From Phycisphaera mikurensis NBRC 102666 (lineage in GTDB: Bacteria > Planctomycetota > Phycisphaerae > Phycisphaerales > Phycisphaeraceae), in the NCBI RefSeq assembly GCF_000284115.1, contig NC_017080.1:1050001-1082000 (forward strand): a DNA stretch of 32,000 bases, written 5' to 3'. Below are positions 24,022 through 30,108 of the stretch, one piece after another. The notes under the pieces are model-generated. The model was not told the DNA's origin. It saw only the letters and a list, made by a program, of their open reading frames with translations, and did not search any database. The number at the start of each line of letters is the position of its first letter. Positions within the stretch are counted from its first letter, which is position 1. A program made the translations under genes and the position numbers.

Positions 24022-25935
24022 ATGACCTCTCCCCGCCGATCCTTTCTCACCGCCGTCTTCTCTGTTTCGCTGTTCGCAGCGATTCCGCTCTGGCCCGCCG
24101 CGACCGCCTCCGCCGAGCGATCCGCCGACGCACCGGACCGGCCCGAGCCGCTGCTGGTGAAGGTCGGCTGGGACGGCGGCGGCCCGCAGAAGCTGCTCGA
24201 CAACCTCGACCGCGTGCGTGACCTGCCCTTCGACGGCCACACCTTCAAGCTGGGCTTCCGCCTGCAGAACGCGTTCTGGAAGGAGGCCATCCCCGCGGAG
24301 GAGTTCGAGCCGCACCGCGCCGCGATGCGGGAGCTGATGGAGCGGGACCTCGGCAACGCGCGGCACAACCTCGTGATGATCTGGTGCACCGCCGAGGCCG
24401 GTTGGGACTGGTTCGACGACGACCACTGGGAGGCGGCGCTCGCGAACATGCGGCAGCTCGCGGAGCTCGCCGCGATCGGCGGCTGCGACCTGTTCTGGGA
24501 TCCGGAGAGCTACCCGGCGCTCGAAGCTCACTTCGGGCAAGACGCCTTCTGGCCCTTCATCTACCAGGACAACCCCGGCCACGAGGAACACAGCTACGAG
24601 GCGTACAAGGAGCGGATCTTCGCCTGCGGAGCGGGCTTCGCCCGCATGCTCCAGGAGGTGGACCCCGAGATCGACGTCCTCTCGATGTACGGCTTCGGCG
24701 TCTTCATGGACCTGCTCGACGAGCCGGATCTGTCGCGGATGAACCAGAAGATCAAGGAGCGGAACTACTACAACCTGCTGCCCGCCTTTCTGGCGGGGAT
24801 GCTGAGCGAGGCCCACGAGGGGCTGGAGGTCTTCGACGGCAACGAGCCCGCGTACTACTACCGCAAAGCCGGGGACTTCTACGAGGACCGCCACCAGCTG
24901 CTCACGCGCGGCCGCCGGCTGCTGCCCGAGACGCTCCGCGGGGAGTTCCCGGAGCACTACCGCTTCTCGAACGCGATCTACGCCTCGGACCTCTACGCGG
25001 CCGATCCCGAGGCGACCGACCAGTACCGCGCCTTCTTCGTGCAGGAGATGACGCGCGAGCAGCAGGCGGAGTTCCTCGCCCACAACGTCTTCTACGCCCT
25101 GCACAGCTCCGATCGCTACGCCTGGTTCTACACCGAGAACGACATCGACGTCTACACCGGCGAGGTGCCCGACGGCATGATCGAGGCGATCGAGGACGCG
25201 AAGCAGCACCTGCGGGAGGGCCGGAAGTACCCCAAGCGGATCTCGGAGGTCGTGGCCGCGGCGAGCGACGCGTACGAGGAGCGGGCCCGGGGCTTGATCG
25301 CCCGCGGCGAGGCGGTGTCCGTGCTGGCCGGCGATGACCTGAAAGTCGATGGCGTCGCGGACGAGGAGCACTGGGCCCGAGCCGAGGCGCACGCGTTCCG
25401 CCTCCCGCTCCCCAAGGAGCAAGGGGGCTACGAAGTGCCCATGGGCACCACGCTGAAGGTCGCGCACGACGGCGAGCACCTGCACCTGCTGGTGCGGACC
25501 GAGGTCGGCGAACGCTCGGAGCTCAAGGCACCCGCCGGGGCGCGGGACGGCGACGTCTGGAGCGGCGACGACGTCGAGTTCGCGATCCAAGACCCCACCG
25601 ATCCGGACCGCTTCGTGCTGCTGATGGTGGACCCCGAGGGCGTCCGCTACGACGCGGCGGTGCGGCCGGCGCAGGGGGAGGAGGACCCGGAGATCAGCAA
25701 CGGCTACGACCCTCAGTGGAGCTTCGCCATGAGCTTCCCCGACGGAGCCTGGCAGGTGGAGGCGGCCATCCCCTGGGAGGCGATCGGCGGCCGGCCCCGC
25801 AACGACCAAGACCTCCGCCTGAACGCCTGCCGCAGCTTCACGATGCAGCCGGGCCTGAACTTCGCCTCGTTCTCGCAGGTCACCACCGGCTTCCTGGACC
25901 CCGAAGAGTTCGGCACCGTGAAGCTGGGACGCTGA
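24022..25935 (+). CDS. Secreted (Tat-type signal) uncharacterised protein with a C-terminal CBM9-like domain (family 2, member 2)
   Basis: Start at ATG 24022. MTSPRRSFLTAVFSVSLFAAIPLWPAATASA fits the twin-arginine S-R-R-x-F-L pattern. The N-terminal ~400 aa are paralogous to the 12059..13930 product. The C-terminus (LKVDGVADEEHWARAEAHAF..LKVAHDGEHLHLLVRTE..WSGDDVEFAIQDP..WQVEAAIPWEAIG) looks like a CBM9/DOMON-type module. Confidence 0.85.
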   Translation: MTSPRRSFLTAVFSVSLFAAIPLWPAATASAERSADAPDRPEPLLVKVGWDGGGPQKLLDNLDRVRDLPFDGHTFKLGFRLQNAFWKEAIPAEEFEPHRAAMRELMERDLGNARHNLVMIWCTAEAGWDWFDDDHWEAALANMRQLAELAAIGGCDLFWDPESYPALEAHFGQDAFWPFIYQDNPGHEEHSYEAYKERIFACGAGFARMLQEVDPEIDVLSMYGFGVFMDLLDEPDLSRMNQKIKERNYYNLLPAFLAGMLSEAHEGLEVFDGNEPAYYYRKAGDFYEDRHQLLTRGRRLLPETLRGEFPEHYRFSNAIYASDLYAADPEATDQYRAFFVQEMTREQQAEFLAHNVFYALHSSDRYAWFYTENDIDVYTGEVPDGMIEAIEDAKQHLREGRKYPKRISEVVAAASDAYEERARGLIARGEAVSVLAGDDLKVDGVADEEHWARAEAHAFRLPLPKEQGGYEVPMGTTLKVAHDGEHLHLLVRTEVGERSELKAPAGARDGDVWSGDDVEFAIQDPTDPDRFVLLMVDPEGVRYDAAVRPAQGEEDPEISNGYDPQWSFAMSFPDGAWQVEAAIPWEAIGGRPRNDQDLRLNACRSFTMQPGLNFASFSQVTTGFLDPEEFGTVKLGR

Positions 25936-26077
25936 GGCAAGGTGCGGAAGGAACGACGCCGGGCTGGCACGCGCGGAGGCGGCCCGGCCAGCCTGTCTCC
26001 GGCAGTGAGGGTGCCACCGCAACATGGGCTCGACCTCCTCCGGAACCGCAGGAAGACCCGGACTTCTTGGTCCGGTC

Positions 26078-26183
26078 GGTGCCACGCCGCTCGCGGGGTG
26101 GCGGTCGCCGGAGGCGACGCCAGCGGATACACGGAACGGCCGCGTGTCCTGCGGACACCCCACCCCGCAAGCGGCGTGGCACC
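26078..26183. other. Long-range 14-bp perfect inverted repeat enclosing nested hairpins (structured RNA or bidirectional terminator candidate)
   Basis: GGTGCCACGCCGCT (26078..26091) pairs with AGCGGCGTGGCACC (26170..26183). Inside lies TGGC(G)GTCGCC-gga-GGCGACGCCA. A further hairpin, CCGGAC-ttcttg-GTCCGG, lies just upstream (26059..26076). All of this sits in the 333-bp gap between convergent genes. Confidence 0.35.
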
Positions 26184-26210
26184 CGGGCATCCGCCGGAGC
26201 TCCGCTCCCG

Positions 26211-26256
26211 CCGCGGACCGCGGTCGGTTTCGCCGCGTTTCGGCGACGGTCCGCGG
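26211..26256. repeat. 46-nt inverted-repeat element, copy 3, 12 nt downstream of the minus-strand stop at 26269
   Basis: Arms CCGCGGACCG (26211..26220) and CGGTCCGCGG (26247..26256), 26-nt spacer cggtcggtttcgccgcgtttcggcga containing GTTTCG twice. Confidence 0.55.
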
Positions 26257-26268
26257 ATCCTCACCGGA

Positions 26269-26880
26269 TCAATGGTCGGCGGCCGGCACGGTGTGGAGGA
26301 GCCCGACGCGGCCGGTGCGGAAGCTGCGGTGCGGGCTCTCCAGGCGGACCGTGGCCTCTCCCGCACCGGGCCGGTTGTAGACGGCGAGGCCGCCGGTGAA
26401 GAGGCGGCGGACGCCGCCGTCGGGGTGCTCCCGCCCGGGCCCGAGCGCCCGGCCCAGCGGCTGGTCCCACAGCGGGTACCAGTCGTGGAGGTGGTCGGGC
26501 GTGGGCAGCGGGTTGGGGTCGCTGAAGAGCACGAAGCCGTCGGAGCGGGTAAGGGCGAGCGTGGTGACCGCCCGCACGCGGGCGGGCTCGTTGCGGCTCT
26601 GCTCGAACCAAGCGGAGATCGCGTTGATCCGCGGCTCTCGTGCGTGCCGCTCGTTGTGGACGAGCGACGCCTCCATCTCCGCCCAGGCCGACCAATTGGC
26701 GCTGCGGTCGGCCTCCATGAACGAGCCGTTGACCAGGTCGGCCGTCTCGACGAGCGGGTTTGCGTTGGCGTTGACCAGGACGAGGGTTCCGGGCGGGACC
26801 TGCGCTCGAACCGCCTCCATCGGCGCGCGGCGGTCGGGCCGCGCATCCCACCACCAGTCGAAGAAGATGCCTGTCTCCAT
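26269..26880 (-). CDS. Short GHL-type (glycoside-hydrolase-like TIM barrel) protein, apparently only the C-terminal part of the fold; possible gene remnant
   Basis: 203 aa from ATG 26880 (METGIFFDWWWD..LVLVNANANP..VNGSFMEAD..RLFTGGLAVYNRPGAGEATVRL) with high GC3. The pattern resembles the central-to-C-terminal part of GHL/GH114-like barrels as I recall them. The in-frame upstream extension to 27012 is P/R/A-rich and looks non-coding. Confidence 0.55.
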   Translation of the reverse strand: METGIFFDWWWDARPDRRAPMEAVRAQVPPGTLVLVNANANPLVETADLVNGSFMEADRSANWSAWAEMEASLVHNERHAREPRINAISAWFEQSRNEPARVRAVTTLALTRSDGFVLFSDPNPLPTPDHLHDWYPLWDQPLGRALGPGREHPDGGVRRLFTGGLAVYNRPGAGEATVRLESPHRSFRTGRVGLLHTVPAADH

Positions 26881-27059
26881 GAGCCCACCGCATCTCCTCC
26901 AGGCCGAACGGGGGTTGGATTGCGCCGGAGCCGTCTCGACCGGACAACCCGGAGCGGCGTTCGGAGCAAGCCGACAAGCCTGCCACGGACGCGGGACCGG
27001 CGGCCGCGGCATCGCCGTGGGGGGAGGAGGCGCATGCTGGTGTCAGATGACGGGAAGCT

Positions 27060-27431
27060 TCACCCGGGATCGGGAACGGCGTGAGGCCCCTCCTCGATCA
27101 TCCGCTGGATGTCCGCCATGTGCGCCTTGGCGGCCTCCTGATCTTCAGCGTTCAGCAACTCCCGCGCCACGCCGAAGCCGGTCATGAACATCCCCGCCTC
27201 GCGGCTGCTGTCGTTGACGGCAACCTCGTCGGTGTCGGCCGCGAGCCCGGCTTGGTAGCCGGTGATGTAGGGGTCGGCCAACCCGCTCGACAGGATGCTC
27301 TTGGTCCGGAGGACGGTCCTCTGGTAGAGCACGCTTCCGAGCGTCGTGTCGACCTTGCTGTCGCAGCCCGCGAGCGACCAGGCGAAGCCGACGACCAGCA
27401 GGCACAGGAACATTCGATTCCGCATCTTCAA
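27060..27431 (-). CDS. Small hypothetical lipoprotein
   Basis: 123 aa. MKMRNRMFLCLLVVGFAWSLAGC is a signal peptide with lipobox LAGC. GC content is locally lower. The start could instead be M3 or M7. Confidence 0.75.
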   Translation of the reverse strand: MKMRNRMFLCLLVVGFAWSLAGCDSKVDTTLGSVLYQRTVLRTKSILSSGLADPYITGYQAGLAADTDEVAVNDSSREAGMFMTGFGVARELLNAEDQEAAKAHMADIQRMIEEGPHAVPDPG

Positions 27432-27526
27432 CAGCCCTGCTTACGCTTCTGCTTCGTGTAGACGCCGAGAGGAAGCGGCGTGCGATCGACCGGCGAGGCG
27501 GAGTCACCTCCGCGAGCCATTGCCCG

Positions 27527-28408
27527 CTAGTACTTAGGCGACCGTCCACCCGCGTACGTGGAGGTGGTGTTGTCCGGGAGCGTCTGGAGGCCGCCCATCC
27601 AGAAGTCGCTTCCGAGGTCGGTGTCGTAGTAGGGGTTGTCGAGCGCAAACGTCACATTGGCGGCGCGACCATCCATGAAAGCCGCGTTGACGTTGCCCTG
27701 CGAGGCGTTCGGATCGTTGGAAGCATCGCCGCCGTGCCAATCGGCGTACTTGAGGTTGTTCTCGGGGGTGCCGGCGATGTTGGGGACGAACCAATCGTTG
27801 TAGGCGACGAGATAAGGCGTGCCCGCGATCGGCCAGTTGACGCGAGGGATCTCCACCCAATCCACCATGAGCATCATCTCGGATGCGGAAGTGATGCTGT
27901 CGTAGTTGATGGTCTCCCTCGGGGAACCGCCGTACCAGCTCGGGTCGACTCCCATCGCTTGGTTCATCCCGTAGCTCACGTTCGCTTCCCAGAACGGATT
28001 CGTGTAACGATCGGCGACGCTCTCATCGAGCGGGCAGACGAGGAAACCCGCTTCGTTCGAAGCCTCCTGGTAGGTGTCGTTGCCCGCAAAGCTGCTGTCG
28101 TTCGTGACCCCGGGAATCCGCGACATGAACTCGTTGGACTCGTACCAGTGGCTGGTGCCGCCGTCCGCATCGGCCCACTGCGCGGGCGCGAGGATCCCGT
28201 TCCGGTCGTTCATGTAGCTGAATTGCGCGATCCCGAACTGCTTGATCTGCGACAGGCACTGCATCGACTTCGCGGCGGTGCGGGCGGCACCGAGTGCCGG
28301 CAGAAGGATGCCCACCAGCAGGGCGATGATCGAGATCACCACCAGCAGCTCGATGAGCGTGAAGCCGGGGCGGGAGGGTCTGCCTTGGAGGGAGAGCGGC
28401 GGGAGCAT
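27527..28408 (-). CDS. Prepilin-type N-terminal cleavage/methylation domain protein, DUF1559 (H-X9-DG) family pseudopilin-like
   Basis: Start at ATG 28408 ([57 protein letters not shown]). It has the class-III signal [10 protein letters not shown] motif and a C-terminal WHGG...NAAFMDGRA motif typical of planctomycetal DUF1559 proteins. Confidence 0.9.
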   Translation of the reverse strand: MLPPLSLQGRPSRPGFTLIELLVVISIIALLVGILLPALGAARTAAKSMQCLSQIKQFGIAQFSYMNDRNGILAPAQWADADGGTSHWYESNEFMSRIPGVTNDSSFAGNDTYQEASNEAGFLVCPLDESVADRYTNPFWEANVSYGMNQAMGVDPSWYGGSPRETINYDSITSASEMMLMVDWVEIPRVNWPIAGTPYLVAYNDWFVPNIAGTPENNLKYADWHGGDASNDPNASQGNVNAAFMDGRAANVTFALDNPYYDTDLGSDFWMGGLQTLPDNTTSTYAGGRSPKY

Positions 28409-28589
28409 GGCGAACCTTTCAAGGGGGAGCGGGAGACTCGGTGGGGGAGGTGCAGGCGAAGGGAGCGGGCGAGGCGGTGGGCCGCGGGCTCCGGGTGGCT
28501 TCCGGGATGTTCTGATTGACGGAAGGACTTCTACAGGATAACCGAACACTCACGCGGCCCAAAGCCCAGTGCGAGAAAGGCGTCGCGCC

Positions 28590-30035
28590 TCATCGCGGAT
28601 CGCGGGGACCCGACGCCGCCGGATCCGGGAGCCGGATGTCCAGCAGCACCGGCTGCTCGTACCGCGCGTCGCCCGGATCGTCCGAGAAGCCGCCGTTCAC
28701 CTGACTGAAAATCCGAGTTCCGTCTGCGCTCCGCACGTTCGTGTAAGTCCCGACGGGGACGTAGCCGTGGTGCTCGAAGAGGTGGGGCGCGAGGAAGGCG
28801 AGCACGGTGCGGGTGTGGTCCTGGAGGTCGTAGCGGACGAGCGGAACCCCGGAGGCGCGTCCGGACCAGGTGGAGTCCACGACGTAGTAGAGGCTCCGGC
28901 CGTCGAGCCCGAGCGTGAGGTCGGTCAGCCAGGTCCCCGGGTTCCAGGCCGGTCCGATCTCCCGGATCGAGGGCACCTCGCCCCGCAGGGCATACAGGGT
29001 GCCGAGCTGGCTGACGACGACGAGTTCGCCGTCGGGGGTGAGGCGGCGGGTGGAGCCGCGGATCGGGCTGTCGGTGCGGAGGCCCGTGCGACGCAGCCAG
29101 CCGGAGGTGTCGCCGCCGGCGGCCGCGGCGGCGTCGATCAGCACGACCTCGGACGGGCTCGGGGGCGTGCTGCTGAAGAAGCGGCCGGAGCCGGGGTCGA
29201 GCACGAGGCTCCGGCGCTCGAGCTTGGGCCGCTGCGGGTCGTCCTCGACGGGCAGGCCGGCGTAGAGGACCTCGCCCGCCGCGGTGTCGTACACCAGGAG
29301 GCTGCCGTGGCTGTGCCCGTTCTCCGGCCCGTCCCAGACCGTGCCCGACGGCGCCTCGCCGGGCCCGAGGTCCGGGTGGAGGTAGAGCCCGCGTTCGCCA
29401 ACGGCAACGAGCCGGTGGCGTTGGGTGTCCCAGCGTTGCATGGGCCAGCTGTCCGTCGCCAGCGGCACGCCGAGGGACTCGCTGTCGCCGGTGAAGAGGT
29501 TGTGCTTGAAGAGCCGTCCGCCGGGGTAGCCGTTGCCCCAATCCCGCTTCCGGGGGTAGTCGCCGTAGAAGGAGAGGGCGTAGGCGGTGCCGTCCGGAGC
29601 GACGTCGAGCGCGGTGTGCAGCTTGCCGTCGCCGAGCTCGCCGGGTCGCCGGTCCCAGCCGGCGGTGTCGCGCGTCGACATCACCCGCTGCATCCGGGCC
29701 GTCTCCGGGTCGTAGGTGATCAGCCACGCGTCCGCACCGGGAGCGGTCAAATGGTTGCCGATCGCAAAGAGGAAGCGGCCTTCGGGCGTGAGCGTTCCCT
29801 GGCCCCAGCCGCCGTAGACGCCCGGCTCGGGCATCACCTCCGGGTCGAGCGGGACCACGTGGAAGCCGATCTCCGGCGCGGTCTTGGCGATCGAGAAAGG
29901 CGGGGTGTCCGGGGGCATCTCCGCCGGGGCGCTGCGCCAGGCGTCGCGGTCGTTGGGCCCGGTGGGCTCGGCGGTGGAGGAGCCGGCGGCGAGGAGGGCC
30001 ATGAGCAGGAGTCCGGGGTTGGGGGGCAGACGCAT
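28590..30035 (-). CDS. Secreted hypothetical repeat (beta-propeller-like) protein; full-length paralog of 1..947
   Basis: 481 aa with signal peptide MRLPPNPGLLLMALLAAGSSTA. The periodic Gly/Asp/aromatic-rich repeats suggest a propeller, but no family was recognised. Long nucleotide-level matches to positions 1..947 (for example gaaggcgagcacggtgcgggtg). Confidence 0.85.
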   Translation of the reverse strand: MRLPPNPGLLLMALLAAGSSTAEPTGPNDRDAWRSAPAEMPPDTPPFSIAKTAPEIGFHVVPLDPEVMPEPGVYGGWGQGTLTPEGRFLFAIGNHLTAPGADAWLITYDPETARMQRVMSTRDTAGWDRRPGELGDGKLHTALDVAPDGTAYALSFYGDYPRKRDWGNGYPGGRLFKHNLFTGDSESLGVPLATDSWPMQRWDTQRHRLVAVGERGLYLHPDLGPGEAPSGTVWDGPENGHSHGSLLVYDTAAGEVLYAGLPVEDDPQRPKLERRSLVLDPGSGRFFSSTPPSPSEVVLIDAAAAAGGDTSGWLRRTGLRTDSPIRGSTRRLTPDGELVVVSQLGTLYALRGEVPSIREIGPAWNPGTWLTDLTLGLDGRSLYYVVDSTWSGRASGVPLVRYDLQDHTRTVLAFLAPHLFEHHGYVPVGTYTNVRSADGTRIFSQVNGGFSDDPGDARYEQPVLLDIRLPDPAASGPRDPR

Positions 30036-30108
30036 GGGAGGCGGCTCGGTGGTGGCTTGCGCAATCGACGTGCCCGGAGATCCGCCGGGCGGGCTGGGGC
30101 GGAGAGCG

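Noticed and set aside
28409-28549. Alternative start at 28549 for the DUF1559 gene
   Set aside because: The extra 47 residues are Pro-rich and derive from the C-rich leader. The ATG at 28408 gives the normal short leader peptide before the [10 protein letters not shown] prepilin motif.
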